From NCBI GenBank assembly GCA_016748015.1, contig JAAOMT010000003.1:810373-874372 (forward strand): 64,000 nucleotides of DNA. Reading direction: 5' to 3'. The notes beneath the pieces were generated by a model. That model worked only from the letters and a program-made list of their open reading frames with translations. It made no database searches and was not told the origin of the DNA. Of the stretch, positions 51,329-62,883 are shown piece by piece. The stretch is from Geosiphon pyriformis uo1. Taxonomy: Eukaryota; Fungi; Glomeromycota. Position numbers and translations under genes: made by a program. Numbering within the stretch: position 1 is the first letter of the stretch; every line of letters begins with the position of its first letter.

Positions 51329-53818
51329 GGGGGGGTATATGTTTAACCAATGGTTTATTAGAACACGTATTTTATTGTTGCCTGCTTGATTGATTTTTTC
51401 AACGAGCTTTACGTGTTTTTTTTTCAACAAGCTTTATGTGTTTTTTTTCGATAAGTTTTACATGGTTTTTTTGACGAGTTTTGATCGTGTTTTTAAACTT
51501 AATAATGAGCACTCCTAAGCCTAACACCTATACAAGCCCTAACCTTACCCTAACGACACCTTTCAACCCGACTTCTAATGAAAAACGGGCCCTTTTAGCC
51601 ACTGTCTCTCTTTCCCTAACAAACACTATTATCACCCCTACTATCCTTCATACCACACTTCCCTTACCACCTTTAAACCTCACTTCTGATAAGAAATGGG
51701 TTCTCCTCTTTAATGTTGACAGTCCATTTGAGGCTCCGAAGGAAGAATTTGACAAAGTTTGGTAGCCTCGTTTCAAATTTATGGACACAGTATTATTCTT
51801 GCAAACTTCTCAATAGTGACTCCTGGAAGGTTTTTGTTTGCCATCTCACCGAACACCAAAACTCGAGTGAGTGAAAAAATAGTGAACAAGAAGACAATGA
51901 GTGAGAAAACAAAGAAATTTCCACCAAGAAATGCAAGTGGCGATGATTTTGGCCATCTGGTTCTTGTCATACAAAAATAAAAGTATTGCGGTTAGTTTCC
52001 ACCAAGATGGTCAAAATTGAAAATTTTAAAAATTCTCTGAATCATTCTCATATTCTCTCAGATTGTGACAAGTTGAAATGCCCTGAAATTTTTTAAACCT
52101 TGGTCAAAGAAGAAGCCGTTAAGTGTTATCCTCGAATAGTCATTGTTAACGCTGTCAAGTAATATGCCAATACACTAAGTCTTGGTAATTGTGCTCAATA
52201 TTTAAGATGGAAGGAAGTTGCAAACATCAAATATAAACTTTGTGGACCTATGAAGGCTTACCTTATTGGTAGTACCAAGTTAGAACAAGACATTTTGGAG
52301 ACCATGTCACATCTAAGCAATCAAGAATATCATACCAAATGATATTGTATTTTTTGCCAGTTTTCTGAAGGTGCATTGTTTTCGCGCATTCCAAACAACT
52401 TGAAAAACTTTGGTGTCATTGATGGTTAACTGATGGATTCTACACACAAAACCAATATGCATAACTGGTGCCTTTTAGATTATATGTTCTGGATGGATAT
52501 AAATGTTGGAATGTTGGTGCACATTTTTTTGTAAACAATAAGAATAATAAAACTACCATTGAAGCATTATAAATTATTAAAAAAAAGTGTCCTTGGTAGA
52601 TTCCTCAGTTTTTTTTTTAGATTAGAGTAATGCTGAGACAAATAGTATTAAACAAACTTTCTCTGATCTTTCTAGTGGTAAACAAGAGTACAAAATATTT
52701 CTCTGTACTGTTCATGTTATGAAGACATGAATATCAAAAATTTATGATAAATAAACTTGTGAAACTATGGTTTTGGCAATACATAAGAGAACAAAAATTG
52801 GCTGTAAACAATTATTTTAAGATATTATTAATTTTTGTTTGGTTTCTACTATCTCTACATATATCAAAAGAAACTATATAAGAAACATTTACTAGTGGGT
52901 TCTTTGAACACATTAATATTTACCTTTTCTTCTACAAGTTACTTTTACAAATTCTTTTGAGTCTTAACATAGTGAGCTCAAAAGAACAACATCTTATTTG
53001 CATGAATTAATTGGTAATTTTTGTTGTGTTATTTTATTTTATGTTATGTTCTTTTGTATTATCAGTTTTGTTCTAACTTTTATATTGTTTAATTTTATTT
53101 CAGGTGCTGCTTATAAAATCATTGTTTTTAATATTAAGAAAAAAACTGATTTTGAACATGTTGCTTTTAATTTTTGTTAGAAGAAAATGAAATTACATAA
53201 GTTTTTCTTTCCTTTGCAACAAATGCTTGTTCAAAAGGCTTCTGCAGCAATGAATAGGTTGGCAAAAGGCAAAAATGCATCAGGACTTACTTTTCTTGAT
53301 TATTATTGTTTATTTCGAAATCAATATTTATTATCATGCAAACATATTTTTATAAACATGAAGTTGTTAATGGTCAATGTTTGAAGAATGTTTCAAGAAT
53401 TATTTGAAGAAAGTGGATTTAAAGTTTATCAAGGATGTGAATTGGTGAAAATAGATGTTTTTAAACAAACAGAAAAAGAAAAAAAAGTGGAAAATTGCCA
53501 CCTTGTTGTAAATAAGTTAACAGAAAGACTGTGTAATGTGTATTTTAGAGCTGAAGAGAATGATGTTGAGCAGGCAGAAATGTTTATTAAGAATTTAGAG
53601 ACTTCTTTGTATTTACTTATCAATAATTTTGATACAACCTAATATAATTTTTTAATCTTAGTCAAATGTCTAAAGATTCGCTTCACTTGATTCCAAAATT
53701 TACAGCTTACATTTAATTCGACTAATAGTAATGTTATATTTTATATAAATAAAATAAATTACATAATAAAATCACATAATAAAATCATGTGAAATGTACT
53801 CCGCTTTAGCCAACCCCC
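51329..53818 (+). mobile_element. Decayed MULE (Mutator-like) DNA transposon
   Basis: N-terminal C..C..HxH zinc finger (VFVCHL...SCHTKIKV...NHSH); MULE core LMDSTHKTN (~52432), FFLD*SNAE, IFLCTVHVMKT (~52700), TNSFES*HSELK (~52950); GT-AG intron ~53013-53103; bounded by a G-run and a C-run; ~25-bp subterminal repeat x4 at 51394-51495. Ends uncertain. Confidence 0.85.
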
Positions 53819-54617
53819 AAAATTAGCATATAGTAGCTAATATAAATTTTTCGGATGTAAATTAGTTTAACGAAGCTATTAAAAACTACATTAATAATAA
53901 TAAATAGTTACAAAATTTTGGTAAACCATTTTTAGATTTCAATTTGTAAAATTATTAAAGTTATAGTACAATATCTTTATAGAAAATATTTTATTAAAAA
54001 GCATGAAATCAAAGCAAAATTTAAGGGAACAATAATTTTTCTGCCAATATAATATCGATACGTTTGCCGCGAACTAACTGTTTATATACATAAACCCGCA
54101 GCAGAACAACCATTCGTTCAATACAGGTTTCCATAAAATAGAAAGCTTTCTTTCCTTAAAATTGGGAAAATATTGCCTTACAATACTCAAGCCGGAAATC
54201 AGGCCCTGTTTTCTGTTAAAGAAACAATATTTTTCAAGATATTATTTCACAGAATTTTATTTTGAAAGCTTTTCATCTTTTTAGATTTTCGTAATTTTAT
54301 TGTATGAAAATACCTTGAAAATTTTCCATATAATTTAAGCGTTTTCATTCCCACCCACAATATCTAAGGGAAAAAATTAGAGAAAACTTCAAGATAATAT
54401 GATTCTTAAATATATGGAAAACTATCAGAGGGTTGTTTGTCTTTGGAAACAGGATAAATATGAGATATATTTAGGGTTCCAGTAAAAATAGATGAAAATT
54501 CTTTCATTGTAATTCATCAGAAGAATCGCAATAAATCATATTCAGAAAATCTATGGGAGGAAAGAATCCCTTATAATAGATAGAACTTCAATCTTTCAAA
54601 AGCACCTATTCTTCATA

Positions 54618-55256
54618 TCAATCATGCCCATTCAAAAGGTCCTTGAATTCTGCTTTCCAGTATGGATACCCACGCTGAATCGCCTTTCGATACCAAAATA
54701 TAGCCTTATGCACATCTCGTTCAGTCCCCCAACGAAGCCTATGACATCTTGCTAAGTTACATTGCGCAGTGGCAACACCACTTTTAGCAGATCTTATATA
54801 CCACAAAAAGGACTTTCTCTTGTCAATCTTCGTCCCAATACCTTGTCGATAACAATATGCAATATTACATGCCCCACACGGACATCCCCCCTCGGCTGAT
54901 TTCAATGTCCAATAAAAGGCTATTTTTGAATCCTCCTCAATCCCAACCGCTTCTTGAAAACACCATCCAAGTTGACTTTGCCCATACAAATCCCCGGATT
55001 CTGCCGACACTTTATACCAGTCTATCATTGCTTTGTGATGAATTCGTGTGCCTATTCCATAGTGATAGCAGAATCCAAGTAGACAAGCGTATTCGGGATT
55101 GGATGGTGCAATTTTCAAAAGTTGTTTAAAAATTTGTTCTGCTTCCATGTTTTTGGACTTTCGCCATTCATATATTTTATCTTGCAAGTGCTCATCATTG
55201 AGGCCTGGATCAACTACTGAAGTGAATATTTTTAATAATTCTTTCATTAATTCCAT
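54618..55256 (-). CDS. Small Sel1-repeat (HCP-like) protein, 212 aa
   Basis: Four Sel1 repeats (LLGFCYHYGIGT, SQLGWCFQEAVGIEEDSKIAFYWTLKSAEGG, NIAYCYRQGIGTKIDKRKSFLWYIRSAKSG, AQCNLARCHRLRWGTERDVHKAIFWYRKA); no kinase domain or signal peptide. Confidence 0.92.
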   Translation of the reverse strand: MELMKELLKIFTSVVDPGLNDEHLQDKIYEWRKSKNMEAEQIFKQLLKIAPSNPEYACLLGFCYHYGIGTRIHHKAMIDWYKVSAESGDLYGQSQLGWCFQEAVGIEEDSKIAFYWTLKSAEGGCPCGACNIAYCYRQGIGTKIDKRKSFLWYIRSAKSGVATAQCNLARCHRLRWGTERDVHKAIFWYRKAIQRGYPYWKAEFKDLLNGHD

Positions 55257-56530
55257 TCCTTAAAAATATTTAGATAAATAAATAAGTTGATTTCAAATAT
55301 TTTTGTAATTTCGATTTCGAATCGTAAATTATAATTTTAATACCTGAAAGCAAGTTTCTAAATAGCTATTATCTTCGGATTGTTCTCATTAATAATCGTA
55401 CTGTTTCACAAATAAGTTCTGTACCTGATATTGGTGCTGAATTTCGAAATAGGGTAGCTGATAATGGCTAGGAAGGGAATAAGGTATTTGAAGTATGCGC
55501 AAAAAGAGTCCAAAAGCTAAATTTTGAATGTACCTAGTAATTTAAACCTCACTGATCTATATTCTTCGACTATATTCGCATCATAATTGGTCTTTGATCC
55601 TTGGGAAAACTCAGAGCTGTGAAAAAAACTATTTCTTTGTTCGTAATATTATTTATATTTATTATATTATTTTATATTTAAAATTCGCAAAGTTTATAAA
55701 TTATTAAAGGAATAATTGAAGTCGGATCTTTGAATATCAGAAATTGTCAAGTATTAGATAATTATGGTTCCCGTTTCTCCATCCCAAAGGGTTTTTGCGA
55801 AATTTCTTTAATCGCAGCTTTGAAATAATATTTCTCACAATATTTCCAGCAAAAAATATTAACATTGATATTTCTGGTTCAGGGAATTCATCCAGATTTT
55901 CCAGTCTTTACAATTCGAACAAATGTTATTAACCCCCCCCTCCCTTTTTAAACCAAAAAACTTGAGGATTTTTGATAGTTAAAGTGTGTGATAGGCTTCA
56001 TAATTTGCCTCCAAGAGTTTGAAAGTTTGGAACGAATAAAAAATTTAAAAATGGGATTTTCATCGATTGCTTAAAGATCCAAAAATATTACTGGAAATAA
56101 TTTTATCTATCGCGTAGAAGTTTCTCGGCCTTATTTATTTCGTGAAAAAGTATGTTTTCCTATGAGCTACTTTGTGATTAATCTACAAAGAATTTTAGAC
56201 TAACAAGTATTAGGTAAACTCCAAAGGATGATTCATGAAAATCCAAGATGTGAATTTGTGATTGCGTAAAAGCTTGATAATGCACTTTGAAAGCCTAGTG
56301 AGTTTATTGTTATGAAGTCAATTATTTTACCACGAATTGTTTGAAGGCTTAGGGTGCAACTTTTGAAGAGACGAAATTTTTTTTGGTGAATGTCATCTTT
56401 TGGAAATCGGATAATTTGAGAACTCTATATTTTAAAGCCCTTTTGTTGTACTTTAAGTTTTTTACTTTGGATAATTATCATGTAAAGCCTTCTGAAAAAT
56501 TCTCGAACCGTAGAAACTATATAAACTTCT

Positions 56531-57184
56531 CTAATTCCATTTAAGATGATGGGGAAAGAAAATATCATTTAATTCTGCATTACAATACTGACATCCCTTA
56601 TCCACAAGAGCTTTTCGATACAAGGCGATAGCTTTATGAAGATCCTTTTCGATGCCCCAACACAATTGATAACATTTCCCAAGGTGAAATTGCGCCATAG
56701 AAACATTGAATTCTGCAGATTTCATGTACCAATAAAATGTCAATCTTTTATCCAGCTTTGTTCCAACTCCCCATCGGTAAGCAGAAGCAAGATTACAAGC
56801 CCCACTCGGATTTCCTCCTTTTGCTGATTTTAGAAACCAAAAAACCGCCTTTTCAAAATCTTGTTCCACCCCGAATGGTGTTTGATAACACCATCCAAGT
56901 TGATTTTGACTGAAATGGTCGTCAATCTCTGCAGTAATTTTATACCATTTGAAAGCTTCTTTTTTTTTGATTACCGTTCCAATTCCATAATGATAAAAAA
57001 TGGCCAAAATACAACCGTAGATTGGTTCAGTTTGCGTTATTTCAAGTAGTTCGTTGAATACTTCGTCCGTTTCAAGTTTTTGGGATTTTCGCCATTTTTC
57101 AATTGCCACCAAAAGATTTTCGTCGTCGCCACCAGGGTCATTGACAGAGGAAACAATTTTTAATAAATCTTGAAGCGATGTCAT
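56531..57184 (-). CDS. Small Sel1-repeat protein, 217 aa (older paralogue)
   Basis: Same layout (VNDPG N-terminal motif, SQNQLGWCYQ..FGVEQDFEKAVFWFLKSAKGGN, AQFHLGKCYQLCWGIEKDLHKA); intact ORF. Confidence 0.92.
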   Translation of the reverse strand: MTSLQDLLKIVSSVNDPGGDDENLLVAIEKWRKSQKLETDEVFNELLEITQTEPIYGCILAIFYHYGIGTVIKKKEAFKWYKITAEIDDHFSQNQLGWCYQTPFGVEQDFEKAVFWFLKSAKGGNPSGACNLASAYRWGVGTKLDKRLTFYWYMKSAEFNVSMAQFHLGKCYQLCWGIEKDLHKAIALYRKALVDKGCQYCNAELNDIFFPHHLKWN

Positions 57185-58321
57185 TTTTTACAAGGTGATT
57201 TTGAATTTGTCTTGGTATTTAATTAGGCCTCCTATCGGGTTATATGATGTTGATCAAAATTCTTGTTTTTAGAAAGTAGCGTTGATTTTATCAGTACTAT
57301 TACACAGAATCAAGAGATTCACCCCTTGCTTTATAAAAGCTAGTGAATAGGGTTTCCCATGATCGCCTAACTGATTATTTAAAAGTTCTAGTCCACAAAT
57401 AGATATTATATAAAAAGGCAGATTATTCTTAATATTGTCCCACCTGGTTGCATACCTCCCGAGAATTACACAATAAAACCTATGTCCCCTATATATATCA
57501 AAGTTCTTATATATTTTTGATTTGTTCCTGACCTGTTCAAAATAACGAGAGAGTAAACTAAAAAATCAAAACATTTTGCGAATTTTGAGAGATTTCGAAT
57601 TGAAAATTTATATTCAATACATTGCTTTTCTCTTGATTTTTAAATAAACTTTTCTTTTACTTTTTAAGATTCAAATAACATAGGACTTTTAGCAATATAT
57701 CGGGAAATACCATTGAATTTTTTTGCCTCTAGTCAAATGATAAGCCAGGTGAAAAGAATTTATTTACTTATTTATTTATTATGAAAAAGTTTGAACAAAG
57801 TCTGAAAAGAGACAAAATAATATTACATATTGAGAAATCAATAATCTAAATTTCAGTAGCTAAGAATAGAAAAAAGTCAAAAAAGAACTACAATATCCTG
57901 AGAAAACATGTATAATGTTTTAAAACATCGAAAAAACTATAATTTCAAAGAAATCAACGTAATTTAAAGGTGGATGGTTTCATTGATAAACTTTCATGTT
58001 CCAGATAGAAACTTTTCAATAGGAATCTTTGCCATATTATTATTATTATTATTATTATTCAAAAAAATTGTTGAATATTGCGAAAACCAAAGATTCTGGA
58101 CAGTAATAATGATTGTAAAATTAAGTATTATACATGTATATATATTAAAGATTTCTTTGAGGGAAAAAATTGGATAAATAATTATGATGATTTTTCGATG
58201 CTAAGCAAAAGAATAATGAAAAATTAAGTCTTTCAAAAATAATAAAGTTTAAAATTTCGAAAATCATAGAACCTGAATTTTTAAATATGAAATCAGAATT
58301 TTTTAAATTTGAACATTCATA

Positions 58322-58629
58322 TTAAATATCGTGCTTAGAAGGTTTGCAAGCAGGATTAATTCCTATTTCTCTCCTTCCAACGAGCCGACCACATGGTATT
58401 TGTCTCTGGTTCCTTCGATGTAGTAAAACTAGGGATCTAAAAAATTTGAAACTATTTAGATTCTAAGGAAACTCAATTTTAATCATGAATGTTCAATTGC
58501 GCTTTACTTTTTGTTCATAGCAATAATTTCAATTTGGCTTCTAGCAGTTATTGGTCTCGCAACTGCTTTGTTAAGCATTAGAAGGGAAAATATGAATGAC
58601 AAGAAGGCCAAGGTCAATGTTCGTAACAT
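58322..58629 (-). CDS. Putative small secreted peptide precursor, 2 exons, 78 aa
   Basis: Exons 58629-58508 and 58436-58322 (71-nt GTAAAG...TTTTAG intron): MLRTLTLAFLSFIFSLLMLNKAVA-RPITARSQIEIIAMNKKSLVLLHRR-NQRQIPCGRLVGRREIGINPACKPSKHDI*. Signal-peptide-like N-terminus, dibasic site, two Cys. Not in the ORF track. Confidence 0.6.
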
Positions 58630-60978
58630 TTTTTCTCGATTTAAAATAAGACTGCTCTCACAATTTGGAGATAGTTTGGGACAGAAGGTAACTTGTAAAG
58701 AGCTTTAATATTATTGAGGATATCTTTAATTTTAATAGGATTTGTGTGCACGCGGAGTTCAATAATTTTCAACGCTTGCGTTTATTTATTTATTTATTTA
58801 TTTCAAACTAATCAAAATTGTTTACCAGAAATTTTACAAAGATATACAGTCTTTTTATATTAAATTCAATTTACTCTGGGAAAAATTAAAAATTAAAAAA
58901 AAAATTAGTTTACGCAAAAATTGGCATTATATCAAATGCACAAAAGCTCATTTGAAAATTATTCCATCAATACCATATGGTCAAAGTAATAAAAATAATG
59001 TTTCTCAAAGCTTATGTTTATTGCGGACTCATTGTGTTACCGATTTAATGATTAGGATTTGAAATTCTGGTCAATAAGTGGTAGCAATGAAAGGTTTTGG
59101 AGCTCAAATTTCCTGAGCCACTATTCCTTTTAACTTGTTGGACAAAAAATGCAAATCGGAATTCTTGTTCATCAATGAGAAGCTAATTAAAATAAATAAG
59201 TTTAAACATTTTAACTTCACCACAGAAGCTTTTAATGCAATTAGAAATATTGCAAAATGAAATTAGTTATTCAAGACCTGCAATTACTTCATCTTAATTA
59301 CACTTTTTAGAAAAGTTTATTCCCAATTAGTCTTTTTCATTGAGTAAGCCTTTTATATAAACCTTTATTTAATTTTGCTATAACCACAAAGAAAAAGAAA
59401 TTCTTCAAGTCTTTTCAGGTTTACAATAAATACAACGCAGTGCTAATATCGTTTACCAAATCAGGAATTCAAAATAATTTTATAAATGAATCCACTTTTA
59501 TTTTCTTTATCATAATGAAACTGTGAAAATATGAATTATTCAGATAATTTTAGGAGCAATTCCATTTATTTTATAAAATTTAATTGAGTTTTAATCATTG
59601 AAAATATTTGGTTTTTTATAAAAACTTTAAATAAAAGTCAAATTATAATTAAAAATACGAAAAATTTTAAAATGAAAATTTAGCTGGTCTAAAATTCTTA
59701 TTTTTAAAATAATTTATATTAAAATTGGGCTTCATTTTCAATCAACTTGAATTTAAAAGAATTTGAAAGAGAAATACAAATATTCGAATATCCAATATCC
59801 ACTTTTTTAACATGATATCTTTGGTGTGTTATTATTATTATTATTATTATTCTTCTTCTTTCTTTGATTGAAACACGTATCTAAGAAATCAGTAAATAAT
59901 TACCATGTGAAAAAAATGATACAAGAATTAAAATGAAAATTTGTATTTTTATGGGCATTTGATTGTACTGTGCTTATCACCACATGGTCATTTAGTTGCG
60001 ACTAATGAAACCAATCACAAATTAAATTTAAAGGAATTTTTCATTGAAGGAAAATTAAGCGTGAGAAAAACAAAAAAAAGAATCTTTTGAGCTCTTTAGT
60101 TTTGATAAATTCCTATGTTTTATTATCCTTCGAAACCCCTTTTTTAGTATCAAATAAATTAGTAAAACTTTGGATAGTAATCACTTTGGTGAAAGTCTTT
60201 TTAGTTAGTTATTGAGCTGCTTTGTGTTTTTTTTTCGCTCTTTGGTTAATGCTTTATCGAGCTTTAACTTTTAAATCTACGAATTCCACTACATTTGCTG
60301 AATAATGAATTCAACTATTTACTAACAATTGTTTATTTACAAGAATCTTCAACCTCAAATAACTTCCAAGGATAAAATAGATGCCGCGACTCGATTACCC
60401 TTCTGCAATTTAAATAATACTTAGGTTTAGTGATAAAGAGACAAAACAATGAATGACCGATTTATTATTAGATTCTTGCTCAGAGACATAATTTTTTTTA
60501 GAACAAAGCTTGAAACCGTTTGCTTCAGAAAATAGATCTGTAATTTTCTTTCCAATCCTACCATCCATTGCCATACCCAATATTCCTTGAAAAAAATAAA
60601 TCTAGTAAAGTTCGACGAGGATATCAAAAATTAAAAGGCACTCGTCTTCCCCGGCGATCTGCAGAAACCCCAAATACCAAACAATGTGAAGGATTGATTG
60701 AGGTTATTGTAACACTTGACTCAAGGTTAAAATTCGAAAATTTTCGCTAGTCCAAATTGATAAAATAGTGGAAGTTCTAGTTCAAAATTTTCTTTCAATA
60801 TAAGACAAATACAAATGTTATGGCAAAATGATCGATTACCCTCCCTGAACAAAATAAGGGTAATTTCTATTGGTCATCTGATGTGTGACAAACCTCTCCG
60901 CAAAAAAATTTGTGGTAATAATATTTATCTCATTAATCATTTTGATCGAATTGAATCCTCGTAATGTTTAAATTCTAG

Positions 60979-61055
60979 GCTGCTAGAAAAGATATTGCAC
61001 TAAAAGGTGTCACATTCACTCAACCACATATGGGCAGCGATGAATTCGTACAATA
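60979..61055 (+). pseudogene. Possible class-3 lipase fragment
   Basis: After a CTAG acceptor reads AARKDIALKGVTFTQPHMGSDEFVQ*, resembling the lipase-3 TFGQPRxGN..FA motif and the neighbour's AVTFGQSRIGSIVFAEY. Confidence 0.4.
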
Positions 61056-61827
61056 ATGATATCTTCGATTTTTTGTATAACACTCACCAACGACTATGTC
61101 TCTGCAAACCTTTTACATATATGTAATTTTTGGGAACATTGAATTGGATTTGAGTTTTTCACATAACGAGTCTCATATTCCTAACCGAACATTTTTCGAA
61201 CTTTTTCTCCTATAATCTTTCTCATTTTTCGCTTTATCATATTTGACACTTCAAAAGGAGGAATAATAATGGCAAGTTAAGAATGCAATGAGTTTTTTGT
61301 GAAATTCATTCTGTAAACGTGTAATTTTTCGCCATATATATCCCACTGCTTTATCAAGTCTTTTAAACTTCTTCTTTTTGTGTCAGATGGTTGATCTTAC
61401 CAAATTGTCTTTTCATGATATCAAATTGTCCATATAAATGCAAATAAGAGTAATACATCCAATATCTTTGTTGACCCAATTTGCCTATTCCTTTAGTAGG
61501 AGAATACCATGTGAAGGGTGTACGAATGCCGGGGTCAATGGAGAAGGCAAAAATCGATGAAACTGGAGACGAAAGATTGTGGCGGCGGCGATTTCAATAG
61601 CAGCAAATAAATATTTTTATTGATAGGCAAAACTTTTGTACAGCAGTCAAGGATCAACGATAAAAGGATTATAAATAGGTAATCTTGCTGATATTAAAAA
61701 AATATCTAGATATCTTTCGTCAAGATGTGAGATATCTTGTTGCGCTATTATCAGCTTCCTTTTGTCCTGTTATAAAATGTGGAATCTATTGTATAACCTA
61801 TCAGGAAAGCGCAGCTTGACTCACAAA

Positions 61828-62883
61828 ATGTTCTCTTTAAATTATTATTCGGTGTTTTATTGTTCATAACAGGACAGTCAGTAGTTTTTGCCCAAAAATG
61901 GGAAAGAAAAGCGAGATCTTTTTGAGGGAAAACTTGAGCAACACTTAAGAACGTGCACTCAAAATGTTAGACGAAGGGAGCAAAATATCATCTTGATCAT
62001 CAGTGGTTTTTTATTTTTATGGTCCTGAAATGATTATTGAAGAATAGGCAACAAGAACCCACACTTATTCTGAATATATCAAAACTAAAGGGGGATATGT
62101 GGAAAATGAATAGGATGAAGATATCTTCTCCTGGATATTGTCAATTATTGAGGTGTTAAAGCTAGCAAATAACATTTTTAACACTGCAAAATTTAAAGTT
62201 TATTTCACTGGACACGCAATCGAAGGAGTTATTCAAAGAAGAAAAAAATATATTGTTCTTTTAATTTCTTATAAAAATATCATTAGTTTAATTCAGCTTA
62301 TACATTTATTTTTTTTGATATTCTTTTCAAATCATAGCTTATGCGGTATTGACAGCTCTTAAGGTAAAGGATGCTATTCTTCCAGCTATCCCTGAGATTG
62401 CTGTCTTAGGATTGAAATTTATCGCAGTCACTTTTGGTCAGTCAAGAATTGGAAGCATTGTTTTCGCAGAATATATTAATCATAAATTGGAAGTTCAACG
62501 TGTTAAACATTCAAACGATTTTATTTCGAACTTTATGATAAATTTTTCCCATAATCACATTTTCAGGCATCACGAAATGGAATATCGGATTACATTAAAG
62601 AATTGTCAATGCCCAGATTCAAATCTTGATCAATTTAATTTGGCATATGATGTTTTTCAGTGCCCTGAGTACTGGTCACATGATCTTGATAAAGCTGGAG
62701 AGAATAGGGTAGGTTAGAGAAAAATTGTTTTATTGTTTAAATATTCTCGACAACTGGACTAATTTAGTACTGATTTTGTAGAATTGTAACTCGGGGACTG
62801 ATGGTCATGGAACATCAGTGCATTTTGGGCCTTATTTTAATACCACATTCAAAGATTGTCATGAATTCTTGCCTCCTATTTAA
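61828..62883 (+). pseudogene. Secreted class-3 lipase-like pseudogene
   Basis: Frameshifted signal peptide (FKLLFGVLLFITGQSVVFA), VFYFYGPE, two in-frame TAG stops (~62045, ~62111), VYFTGHAIEG, AYAVL, VTFGQSRIG, RVKHSNDF, RHHEMEY, last exon NCNSG...VHFGPYFNTTFKDC...I* ending 62883. Confidence 0.85.

Larger units (their letters stand above)
49504..55549. repeat. Tandem segmental duplication: 49504-51233 and 53817-55549 (~1.7 kb each, Sel1 gene plus flanks)
   Basis: Near-identical blocks from CCAAAATTAGCATATAG to GTAATTTAAACCT, visible throughout both copies. Confidence 0.95.
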
